Positions 10,784 to 21,462 of a stretch of DNA of 33,396 nt are shown piece after piece. The stretch is from Octopus bimaculoides. Taxonomy: Eukaryota. The position numbers and the translations under genes are program-made. The stretch spans positions 61,845,692 through 61,879,087 of the forward strand of contig NC_068983.1 of NCBI RefSeq assembly GCF_001194135.2. Direction: 5' to 3'. Position 1 is the first letter of the stretch. Each line of letters starts with the position of its first letter. The notes under the pieces were generated by a model. It made no database searches. It saw only the letters and a program-made list of their open reading frames with translations, and was not told where the DNA came from.

Positions 10784-11522
10784 GATTGTGAGTGTATGCA
10801 TGTATATATGTATATGCGCCCATGTACACATATAAAGTACATCAGTATGCACTATGTATTTCCAATCTAGTATTTGTCAACTCAGATCACATCATAATTC
10901 CTCTATCATTTCTAGTGAATAGCCACAATTTTCAAACTACTTACATCTTGTTCAACCTCATTCAAAATTTATAGCTATTACACCGATAGATTGTATTGTA
11001 ACCGAGTTATGAATCCCATTATCTGACTGATTGTCATTTTTTCTCACTCTGGAAGGATTATACTAAATACTTTAACTCTCATTCGTCCGTGAAGGTATTG
11101 TTGCTAATCACACACAACTTTCGGGAAAATGGATCATTGATTATCATTATCATGCTTCCCATAATGTAGTGATCACGTAAGTGATGTGACGTGAAATAGC
11201 TGCTATAGGAAATGAAACCGGTTCGAAGTCGTAGACTCTGCGTGCTGTGTATAATTCCAATGCTTATTATCATACTGATTTTCATGAAAGGCAGAATGGC
11301 AAAACTTTCAAAAGAAAAGCATGAATCGATTAAATCGATATTACTCTTTGACTGCTAAGTTTAATTTATCAGCTAGAAAGAGCGACCAGTGAAGTTCAAT
11401 ATATCTCAAATTAAATTCTAACTCTAGAGAGATATAGCTCAATTAGACTGCAAGGTATTTTATCCGGCACTCTCCTGAATTAATCATTCAAGCAATTTCA
11501 CTGGCCAACTTTCTTCTTTCTT

Positions 11523-11690
11523 ATCTTCTACTTGTTTCAGTCATTGGATTGCAGTCCTGCTGGGGCAGCGTCTTGAAGAGCTTAGTCGATAAAATAGACC
11601 CCTCTACTTACTTTTTAAGCCTGGTACTTATTGCATCGATCCCTATCGCCAAATAACTATATTAGGGTACGTAAATAAAGAAAACATGAT
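11523..11690 (-). mobile_element. Decayed SINE family 1, 3' half
   Basis: cttgtttcagtcattgga...gtcctgctggggcagcgtctt...ttagtcgataaaatagaccc...aagcctggtacttatt parallels 18170-18320. Confidence 0.65.
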
Positions 11691-11782
11691 TTAAAAAAAT
11701 TTCATTATTATATGTAAATCCCTACAATTTGTCTCTCTCTGTATTATCCCTCTCATCCTTCGCCCTTTTGAAAAATAAATGA

Positions 11783-11993
<211 letters not shown>

Positions 11994-12585
11994 TATCGTC
12001 TTTGCACAGCTTCTAACGCTGGAGATGTACTACGGTACCAGCTGTTTACTACCAGAGAAAAACGTAATACCCCTTATTTTTCGAGCACCACCCGGAGAAT
12101 TCGAGCGGTTCCAAACAGTGCTGTTTTCTGCAAGTGCTCCACCCTTATTGCAGCTCCTATTTGTTCTATGCACTTCTCAAGATTTTTATTCACTGTTCCC
12201 AGGGCTCCGGCAATTATTGGTACTACTACCACCTTTTTCAGCGACCACAGCTACTTAAGCTCCCAAGCTAACCTGTCGTATCTATCGACTTTTCTATCTT
12301 CCTTATCGCACACCTTGTTGTCAGCTGGGCATGCTATATCTATCATCCAGCATCGTTTGCTTTCTTTCTCAGTTAACATTATGTCTGGTTTCCATTTCTC
12401 CATCTAATGGTCGCACTGAATCATAAAATTCGATAGGATCTTTACATTATCATTTTCGATGATGCATTCGGGTTTATATTCGTACAACCTTTTTGCTCTG
12501 TCAAGTCCATACTTGTTGCAAAGTGTCCAATGGATAATCTTTGTTATATTGTCATGACGTCTCTTACATTCTTTCTTGGCTAGTG
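11994..12585 (-). mobile_element. R4/Dong-clade RLE retrotransposon 3' fragment, family B
   Basis: LAKKECKRRHDNITKIIHWTLC...KPDIML...MIDIACP..K...RY...VVVPIIAGALG...LQKTALFGTARILRVVLEK* (stop 12074-12076). It has the RHD and PD-(D/E)xK endonuclease motifs, a short 3' UTR and a TAA tail to the left. Confidence 0.88.
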
Positions 12586-12597
12586 ATGTGTTGTCTA

Positions 12598-12734
12598 TTC
12601 TTCTTCTTCTTCTTCTTCTTCTTCTTCTTCTTCTTCTTCTTCTTCTTCTTCTTCTTCTTCTTCTTCTTCTTCTTCTTCTTCTTCTTCTTCTTCTTCTTCT
12701 TCTTCTTCTTCTTCTTCTTCTTCTTCTTCTTCTT

Positions 12735-12762
<28 letters not shown>
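12598..12762. repeat. Pure (TTC)55 / (GAA)55 microsatellite
   Basis: 165 bp uninterrupted, followed by (TTA)n with TCA interruptions to 12839. Confidence 0.95.
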
Positions 12763-12765
<3 letters not shown>

Positions 12766-12780
12766 TTATTATTATTATTA

Positions 12781-12811
<31 letters not shown>

Positions 12812-12839
12812 CATTATTATTATTATTATTATTATTATT

Positions 12840-13197
12840 GCGTGAGAGAGCAGTACATGCCATCAAAGTGATACTGCGATAAAATATACGAAGCCCAGTA
12901 TACCCATCATGACCACCCGTCTGATAAGGTTACACTAGGCACATACATCCCCACCATATGTGCGCAGCATGGTGGTCTCATATTAAGATAAACATGTTTC
13001 CAAAGGTGAAATATCCAAACCCCAAAGAATTTCTCTCAGTACCTGGCTATGATGCTTCCCCACAACTTATAATTGTAATCAGAGATGCACATATTGTCAG
13101 ACACTGATGAACATGCTCACCTGGTTAAGGTGAAACAACTGACAAGCAAATCTGTGGTATTGAGCAGAATATTTGCTGTATCCCATCTTTTATACTT
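12840..13197 (-). mobile_element. Non-coding interspersed element C, copy 1 (internally deleted), flanked by TTA repeats
   Basis: Reverse complement of much of 14943-15382, lacking about 110 bp between ataaac and atgtttcc. Confidence 0.75.
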
Positions 13198-13221
13198 ATA
13201 CTTCCCCACTACTTCTGCTCG

Positions 13222-13338
13222 TATTATTATTATTATTATTATTCAGTAGTTTTATTTTTATAACGTGCTTTCACTTCACTACCGAGCGCAGCTCTGTGCG
13301 CCTTGGGTATGTGCTGTGGTTTGCTGTGGTGCTCTTAT
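13222..13338 (-). mobile_element. 3' UTR and TAA tail of R4/Dong family A; body runs into the gap
   Basis: 13242-13338 is the reverse complement of 178-274 with 2 mismatches in 97 bp. Confidence 0.85.
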
Positions 13339-13952
13339 NNNNNNNNNNNNNNNNNNNNNNNNNNNNNNNNNNNNNNNNNNNNNNNNNNNNNNNNNNNNNN
13401 NNNNNNNNNNNNNNNNNNNNNNNNNNNNNNNNNNNNNNNNNNNNNNNNNNNNNNNNNNNNNNNNNNNNNNNNNNNNNNNNNNNNNNNNNNNNNNNNNNNN
13501 NNNNNNNNNNNNNNNNNNNNNNNNNNNNNNNNNNNNNNNNNNNNNNNNNNNNNNNNNNNNNNNNNNNNNNNNNNNNNNNNNNNNNNNNNNNNNNNNNNNN
13601 NNNNNNNNNNNNNNNNNNNNNNNNNNNNNNNNNNNNNNNNNNNNNNNNNNNNNNNNNNNNNNNNNNNNNNNNNNNNNNNNNNNNNNNNNNNNNNNNNNNN
13701 NNNNNNNNNNNNNNNNNNNNNNNNNNNNNNNNNNNNNNNNNNNNNNNNNNNNNNNNNNNNNNNNNNNNNNNNNNNNNNNNNNNNNNNNNNNNNNNNNNNN
13801 NNNNNNNNNNNNNNNNNNNNNNNNNNNNNNNNNNNNNNNNNNNNNNNNNNNNNNNNNNNNNNNNNNNNNNNNNNNNNNNNNNNNNNNNNNNNNNNNNNNN
13901 NNNNNNNNNNNNNNNNNNNNNNNAAGAGACAACAAGTTAGAAGTTCATGTAG

Positions 13953-14029
<77 letters not shown>

Positions 14030-14850
14030 GTTTCATTTCTGTAAATCTCAGATACTTAAAATATTAAATGGTCCGGACATTTTTGTTAGAGAGCAATCAA
14101 AAACAAGTTGACAAATGTCCCTTACTGCTTCCTCTCCTTTGCTTTACATAGATAAGACTTCCTTAAAATCCTTGTGGTACCAAGAAGGACTGTCTTCTGT
14201 ATGATCTGTAACCTTGCATCAATTCTGATTTTATTTGTACAGTCCTTGAAACTGTCCGATATGCATCCCGTTGCTTCGATCACTACTGGAATCACTAAAA
14301 CCTTCTTCATCCCCAACAACTTTTCCCAACCTCTTTTAGTGACTCATACGGCTCTATCTGTTCGTTAACTTTCTTGGATAGAGATATCGATAATTTGGAC
14401 CTCTTTTTCTATCTTGTAGACAACTACAATGTCTAACCTTCTTGCCTCAATCATTCTATCACATTGATTTGTGAAGTCCAAAAAAAAATTGAATTTGTCT
14501 TTCTCTAACACTTCTTCTGGCTTCGACTCTTATCATCTAGCTGTTCTGCAAACTCACGCTTATCAGATAGCATCCAGTGGATATATCTGATCATGTCGTC
14601 TTTTGTAATCTCGCTGTACCAACTTAGCACATTCGTTTACAAGATAGAGGAACGTTTCTCATTTCGTTGCACACATTCTACATAAAGATTATTATTTCGT
14701 TTGTCAACATGATATTTAATGTACTAAGTTCAGAGAGCCTGCTTTTGGACGATGCATATCAGAACTTCAGTGCACCATTCCCAAGCAATGCCTGCCCAAT
14801 GGAACTTAAAGTTTAGGCGATTTGTCGGGCTCCAGCTTGTAAAACTGTTT
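13953..14850 (-). mobile_element. R4/Dong-clade RLE retrotransposon 3' fragment, family D, with (TAA)n tail at 13953-14028
   Basis: TEVLICIVQKQAL*T*YIKYHVDK, CRMC...ET..YL...C.KL.QRDYKRRHD (CCHC knuckle plus RHD), RLDIVVV..IIDI, VIPVVIEATG and IQKTVLLGTTRILRKSYL...* (stop at 14122). Confidence 0.85.
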
Positions 14851-14855
14851 GAAAT

Positions 14856-14871
14856 AGCAATAATAATGATA

Positions 14872-14939
<68 letters not shown>

Positions 14940-14941
14940 TA
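14856..14941. repeat. (TAA)n microsatellite
   Basis: Read directly from sequence. Confidence 0.95.
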
Positions 14942-14942
14942 A

Positions 14943-15382
14943 ATGCCCGGATGTAGTACCAGGCAGTGACTCTCGTGGTTTCTGATCTTAATTGATTGGA
15001 AGTGTTATCATGTACATTGTTTTGTCTTGGTATAAAAGATAGGCTACAGCAAATATTCTGCTCAATACCACAGATTTGCTTGTCAGATGTTTGACCTTAA
15101 CCAGCATGTCCCTTGCTGGTTGACGATATGTGCATCTCTGATCACGAGCAGAAGTAGTGGGGGAGCATCATAGCCATGTGTTGAGAGGAATTCTTTGGGG
15201 TTTGGATAATTCACCTCTGGAAACATGGGTGTTACATTCAACATCCTTAAACAACCCTTATTCAGGGACCTTTTGAGCGGAATGGGCTACTCGACCTGAA
15301 CAAAATTCTAACTGGGCTCCACCTGCGAGGTCATACGCTGTTTATCTTGATATGAGATCACCATGTCACGCACATATGATTG
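14943..15382 (+). mobile_element. Non-coding interspersed element C, copy 2 (3' part in gap)
   Basis: Inverted homology to 12840-13197; preceded directly by a (TAA)n array; no coding frame recognised. Confidence 0.75.
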
Positions 15383-15760
15383 NNNNNNNNNNNNNNNNNN
15401 NNNNNNNNNNNNNNNNNNNNNNNNNNNNNNNNNNNNNNNNNNNNNNNNNNNNNNNNNNNNNNNNNNNNNNNNNNNNNNNNNNNNNNNNNNNNNNNNNNNN
15501 NNNNNNNNNNNNNNNNNNNNNNNNNNNNNNNNNNNNNNNNNNNNNNNNNNNNNNNNNNNNNNNNNNNNNNNNNNNNNNNNNNNNNNNNNNNNNNNNNNNN
15601 NNNNNNNNNNNNNNNNNNNNNNNNNNNNTATATATATATATATATATATTTATATATGTATATATGCGTGCGTGCGTGTGTATGTGTGTGCGCACGAGTG
15701 ATTGTATGAGCGTGCGTTCATGTATGTATGTATATGACAGGATTCTTTTTGTTTCTCTCT

Positions 15761-15897
15761 ACTAAGTCTACTCACAAGGCTTTGGTCGGTCCGGGGCTAT
15801 AGTAGAAGAAACTTGCTCAAGGTACCAAACAGTGGGACTGAACCCAGAACCAGGTCAGTGGAAAGCAAACGGCTTACCACACAAGCACGACTGCACC
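15761..15897 (-). mobile_element. Diverged SINE family 1 head
   Basis: ctcacaaggctttggtcggtccggggctatagtagaag...cagtgggactgaaccc...ttaccacac. Confidence 0.8.
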
Positions 15898-16394
15898 ATG
15901 ATAACGATATCATACTTTCGTAGAAAACTATAAAATCTGTGCTGAGGTGTAAGCAATCATATATATGACCCAATTGATTAAATGTTGGGTGTTGGACACA
16001 GATTGCATTTGCTTCATTTTGTGCAGCAATCTATGGCTTTTTATCACGATACTGTCCGACACATTATTATAATATGCATCATTTGTCTAGCACATATTTA
16101 TAAAAAAGTATGTAGCCTCTGTAAAGTATTGTATTAGTATGTTGTTTATGTATATATATTTTATAGTATCTAGCAAGCTAGACTACAAGAAATCAATATC
16201 GTTCAGTGTATTATTTCAAAAAATGAGAGAGCAATGTGTATCAGCCACACGACTTCGCTTCCCACACATCCATTATTTGGCTACGGAAGCACCAGCTTTC
16301 ACTAAGATTTGTAGCACACGCTTTTTCTTTTGGGAGCAGTAATAACTACGTGTACATAACTACATATACAAATATAAATGTATGCATGCAGTCT

Positions 16395-16403
16395 GGGTAT
16401 ATA

Positions 16404-16471
<68 letters not shown>

Positions 16472-16518
16472 CAGATACGGATATGTAGTACATACACATA
16501 TATTTATATATGTATGTA

Positions 16519-16549
<31 letters not shown>

Positions 16550-16620
16550 GTGTGTATATATATATATACACACACTTATGTATATATATCTACACATATA
16601 TATACATGTGTACGCGCGCG
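16395..16620. repeat. Compound (TA)n/(TG)n low-complexity tract
   Basis: Read directly from sequence. Confidence 0.9.
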
Positions 16621-16629
16621 TTAGTTCTT

Positions 16630-17723
16630 AGCCACGATGTAGGTCTATACCAAAACGGTGGGGTGAGAATATCTCACGGCTTTGATGGTCACACTCTCGA
16701 GAAATTTAAGAAAAATCTCATTGATACATTTAGTCAATTAGGCTCCAAAATCACTGTTAGTAATAATCTGTCAAAAGTTTTTTGTTTTTTTTACATGTTT
16801 CCCTAGATCTAAACTCTCGCTCTTATAAACCGTAAGCCAAACAAGAGAAGTTCTCCTACAGATACAAACAGTCTTGCCACCCCTTATAGTGTTTAAAAGC
16901 CTAAAAGCTAATATTGATAAGAGGATGTCTAATCTCACTTCTTCTAAAGAAATTGATAAGGAAGCCCCAACAATTACAATGCCCTATCTAACAGTGGCTT
17001 CCAAGATAAGATGTATTACAAACCTTCAAGTAGAAATATGAAACACAAAAATAGATCTCACAATAGACATAGGAAAATAATATACTCCCCCCCCCCCACA
17101 CACACAATTTCTCACTAAATGTGAAAACTAACGTAGGCAAGAATGTTTTGTTTCTTTTAAATAAACATAACAGACGCCTGATTAAAATATCATACAGTTG
17201 CCTACCCAGTATGATGAATATTATTACTTGTAAGCATCACCAAGAGCACACTAGTAGTTGTAATTGTCGAGACCTTGAAGCCTGCGCACTTGACTAGACG
17301 TGTGTGATAAACTCCGTCGTACATGAGGCAGAAGTCAGAGCAAAGCTTCAAGATAACCTAACTGAAAAGAAAATTCACATCGAATTATGTGAAGGCGATT
17401 TCAAAAGACGTTATGCAAACCACCTATTTTTTCCGGCACATCGACAAAGTAAGTTGGCTATCCACATATGGGGTTTGAAGACCATTTACTTACCACATAC
17501 AATCAAATGGAGATTCGTAGAGAAATCAATGCCACAGGTTAATGGATCTAAGAAATGCAACTCACGTATAGCTGAAAGATCACGTTTTCTTTTTAGATCT
17601 AAGAATTCCATAGTACTACTGAATTCCAGATCCAAGATTTTCAGCAAATGCAAATACTTTCTCCGGAACAGCTGTCTCGCCGATTTTGAACACGTTGCCT
17701 TTGAATTATTCTACAGCAACTAG
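16630..17723 (+). mobile_element. Penelope-like element remnant (RT C-terminal half plus GIY-YIG endonuclease), probably Neptune-type
   Basis: VGLYQNGGV (cf. GLYRDDGL), LDLNSRSYKP, HP...KSL.ANIDKRMSNL, RKII..(NPP)FSLNVKTNVGK..L.LLNKH, IKISYSCLPSM, CNCR...C, HIELCEGDFKRRYANH, LAIHIWGLK, IKW, NGSKKC and LLNSRSKIFSKC. Confidence 0.85.
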
Positions 17724-18071
17724 TTTAATTATGACTTATACAGCCAATGGAGACATTACTCTAATACTCTTTTCTTTTTCCATTTAATCACCCTTCAACA
17801 TTTTACATCTACCTACTACTCGTATTTTTCTCCTGGTTTCTATTATACCAGCGTCCAGAATAGACGATGTGTTCAGAGTTTGAAGATCGCTTGAAAACAT
17901 TATTGTTAGAAAAGCCTGACTAGACCTGCGTCTCCAAAGCAAGAAACTATTAATAGCTCGTATCTTTATACTGTATACATTGAATGATATTTATCTCTCA
18001 CTGAATGGAGTACTTTTTCGTTGATTTTACCTTCACGGAACAATAAAGTATATATGCATACATATATGCAA

Positions 18072-18075
<4 letters not shown>

Positions 18076-18148
<73 letters not shown>
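18076..18148. repeat. (CA)n microsatellite
   Basis: Read directly from sequence. Confidence 0.95.
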
Positions 18149-18152
<4 letters not shown>

Positions 18153-18156
18153 TATA

Positions 18157-18378
18157 TACTCTTTTACTCTTTTACTTGTTTCAGTCATTTGACCACGGCC
18201 ATGCTGGAGCACCGCCTTTTAGTCAAGCAAATCGACCCCAGGACTTATTCTTTGGAAGCCTAGTACTTATTCTATCGGTCTCTTTTGCCGAACCGCTAAG
18301 TTACGGGGACGTAAACACACCACCATCGGTTATCAAGCGTTGGTGGGAGGACAAACACACACAAACACACACACACAA

Positions 18379-18412
<34 letters not shown>

Positions 18413-18593
18413 ATATATATACATATATACGACGGGCTTCTTTCAGTTTCCGTCTACCAAATCCACTCACAAGGCTTTGGTCGGCCCGAGGCTATAGTAG
18501 TAGACACTTGCCCAAGGTGCCACGCAGTGGGACTGAACCCGGAACCATGTGGTTGGTAAGCAAGCTACTTACCAGACAGCCACTCCTGCGCCT
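18157..18593 (-). mobile_element. Full-length tRNA-derived SINE family 1 with central CA/TA microsatellite
   Basis: A- and B-box-like head at the right end, central microsatellite, and a tail ending in (TACTCTTT)-type repeats at the left. Collinear with 26877-27255 in the opposite orientation. Confidence 0.9.
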
Positions 18594-18869
18594 ATATATA
18601 TCGCTCCACTCCTGCGCCTATATATATTGCTCCACTTAAAAGTGGATGTTCGGTTAGAACACAGAATACTATGGTAGTAACCATGAAGGAAAAAAGTATT
18701 TTTAATGAAATTCATTTATCTCAGTAAATATCCAGTTAAAACGAATAAAATACGAAAAACAGGTAAGGCATTAAAATGAATATTTTAATCAGATACAACC
18801 TTGCAAATTTATAATTGTGTTTTATATATTTGTATGGGAATGTTACAATTACCAAGTTATTAAATCGCT

Positions 18870-21289
18870 TTCTTAATGCCTGAAGAGTTTATGGATGCTT
18901 GTAGCTTTGTTGTGGCTCATTGTAAATCCGGCCGGTATGTTGTCAAGATTGTAGAAAGTAACTCCATCAAGTGTTTAATTCTAAAGCGCAAGACTTCACA
19001 AACTTCGTCAGAAGCACAAGAATTTACAGCGGTATTTTGTGCCAAGAATTGAGATTAATCGCATATTACCTTTTTTCAGTTCAGAATGCTTTATTGCCAG
19101 ACGTTGCTTCACCTGAAATGAATTCTATACTGAGAATTGAGTATAATCGTTAGACAAAGTCCTTCAGTTCTATCTCTACAACGAATTATTTAGTATACAG
19201 AAGTTTGAATGTTGGTCAACCACCAATGACTCTACTAACCGTGAATGAATTTACAAGGGAGGTGAAGGACCTCAGCTTCTTTAACTTAAGCATTAACAGA
19301 AAAATATCAAGCGGTTCTGAGTTATCTTTATCCTTCTAGCTTGTTGGATCTTTATTTTTATTTCAATATCAAGGAATGTGTTTATTTTACAAAGATAAAG
19401 AAAATAAATTAAATTTCTTGGAAATATGCTCTTTGAAAACCTCTTATTTTATTCTGGAAGGTGTAAATTTCCTTATTAGTATCAGTGGCCATCTTACACT
19501 AACTTTTTGAGTGCTAAATTGAGATTTCAAAGGTGATTCAGTATATTAGTAAGGAATCAGTAAAGAACATCGTTCAGATCGTTCAGTCTTCATCATTTTA
19601 CAGTTAAGAAAAGAATTCTTTCTTTTCGCTTCAAATAATTACAACAAGCTCCAATATATCCACAAGCCTAATCAAGACATAACTGGATCGATTTTCAACT
19701 CTAGTTCTTCAATAACATTTCTGAAATGTCAACAGGTTTCTTATCAAAGAGCATGAAATTGAAAATTTCAAGGACAGATTTCATATCTTCATTTACTATT
19801 AATAATGGAAGAACTTCTGGAAAATTAAAATCACTTTTCACAAGTCCAAATAATCCTGCACTTGCCCTTCAACGATGCAACACTGAGGCGGTTATTCGGT
19901 GAAACAGCAGTTATTATGGCTTTATGGTTCGCAGTTTAATGTCAACACCGCCAAAGTTGTTTGTTTAACGTTAGTTATCCAACAGTTCTTCTTTCAGCCA
20001 TATCAGTCACATCTTTCAATCAAAACATAACCAACAAATACTGGCACTCGTAGGTTGTCTTGTATGTTTGCAGATTCAAGAGGCCGGCTGAATACAAGGG
20101 AATTATTTAAATTATTTTACATTTTACCAACATTATAATTTGTCTGAGAGATACGCATATCTACAATACAGTGTAAAACTGGTGTATCGGTTGACGTTTT
20201 GTTTTTCCTTTGAATTCGACATTCTAACTTCAGCTATAGTCTTCTTAAAGGATACAGGTGTTTAGCTTCAGTCGCTGTTTTAGGTTCCTTTCTAAAATAG
20301 ACAGGAAGCACTGCTGATAACAATGTTATTAATACTACCAACAATTTACTATTAACTTTAACGCAGTTAAATTGTTTTTCCTTATTTGGATTTAGACTGA
20401 CAGGCGAAATGTTTTGTAATTTGTTTCATAATGTTGCGACATTTTACTCGCTTTAAAGCGACTGAAATACTCAAAAAGACATAGCAGTTTACCTCTTTTG
20501 AAGATGAATACAAAACTTTTCACCAACTCTGGTTTGTGTTTTCGGATCTTGTTCAAAACGGGGGCACCAGTTTTCATTTATGTTTTATGTAGTGTTTTTG
20601 GTACCGAAAGACTTTCAAACTTCGTATACTTATCTATTTTGTGTTATAAAACAGAAAAAAATTTTTGTATTCGAATTTATTTCATGTAAAAAATTGTCTT
20701 ATTTCGATAATTTCAACCAATCACTGACAAGTATTCAGCTTTTTACACTTACTCCTTTGGCAGTTTAAGCGGTGTAAAGCGTATTTAATCTCCATTACTT
20801 CTGACATTTTGCAGAGAGGCAACACACGTGTGTTCGTTTTCCCTAACCCTAACCCTAATTGACTTGCTCCTTCCCTCAAAAACCAGGCCTTGTGCCTATA
20901 ATAGAAAGGTTTATTAGCTACTGCCAATATGCTTCAGCCATTTTTTGACAAGGAAATAATAATTTTATCACCGCCAGAATCGTTTGAGAATCGTTTGTTT
21001 ACGTAGTCAGCACTTAATTTTTACGGCTGAATGGGCGTCAGTCATTGGTTGAAATTACAGAAATACGACAACTTTAACATGAAATAACTTGCGATATACG
21101 TTTTTTTGTTAAGAAGACTAAGAGAAGAAGATGTTTTATATGACACATTCTACCAGTGTCCCAAGTTTCAAAGTGTTTCGTTAAGAAAATACTGGTGCCC
21201 CCGTTTTGAACAAGATCCGTGTTTTCTTCTTCATAGTTTTGTTTCTTACAATTGACAATGTCATTTTCCTTAAAATATTTACACTCCAT
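18870..21289 (-). pseudogene. hAT (GTF2IRD2/EPM2AIP1-like, Charlie/SPIN group) transposase fossil, interrupted by a MITE
   Basis: Collinear minus-strand motifs across frameshifts: MECK...KKQNYEEENT // KPELVKSFVFIFKRGKLLCL...HYET, AGLFGLVKSDFNFPE, HFRNVIEELE, VLIRLVDILE, FLTNILNHL*NLNLALK, EIELKD, ELKKGNMRLISILGTKYRC and TTYRPDLQ. Confidence 0.78.
20544..21218. mobile_element. Non-autonomous DNA transposon (MITE), 675 bp, 28-bp perfect TIRs, 8-bp TSD GTGTTTTC
   Basis: TIR ggatcttgttcaaaacgggggcaccagt (20544-20571) is the exact reverse complement of 21191-21218. gtgttttc occurs at 20536-20543 and 21219-21226. Imperfect inner arms (~20600-20745 vs ~21020-21180). Confidence 0.92.
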
Positions 21290-21462
21290 TGCAATTAATG
21301 CTAGTACTTTAAGTCTGTGGTTTTGTGCTTTATTAGATATCAATATGACATCTGAATATCTTTGGTTATCTGTTGTATTGTGATAAATTAGTATATCCTA
21401 GTTCAAAGAACAAAGTTATGTTTGACTACCACGTGGTGTTTGGATTCAATATAAATTATATA

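Noticed and set aside
12404-12882. Long ORFs with poly-R/K/F/L/I tracts, and similar ORFs across N runs or TA/CA repeats elsewhere
   Set aside because: Artefacts of stop-free microsatellites and gaps; not genes.
14943-14975. 5' hairpin TGCCCGG/CCAGGCA of element C as an HDV-like ribozyme P1
   Set aside because: The 8-nt loop cannot hold the nested P2/P3 required by the HDV fold.
21250-21343. RLKVLALIAME resembling a hAT dimerisation-domain C-terminus
   Set aside because: It lies immediately upstream of the reconstructed start of the neighbouring hAT ORF and lacks the preceding ERxFS motif; likely coincidental.
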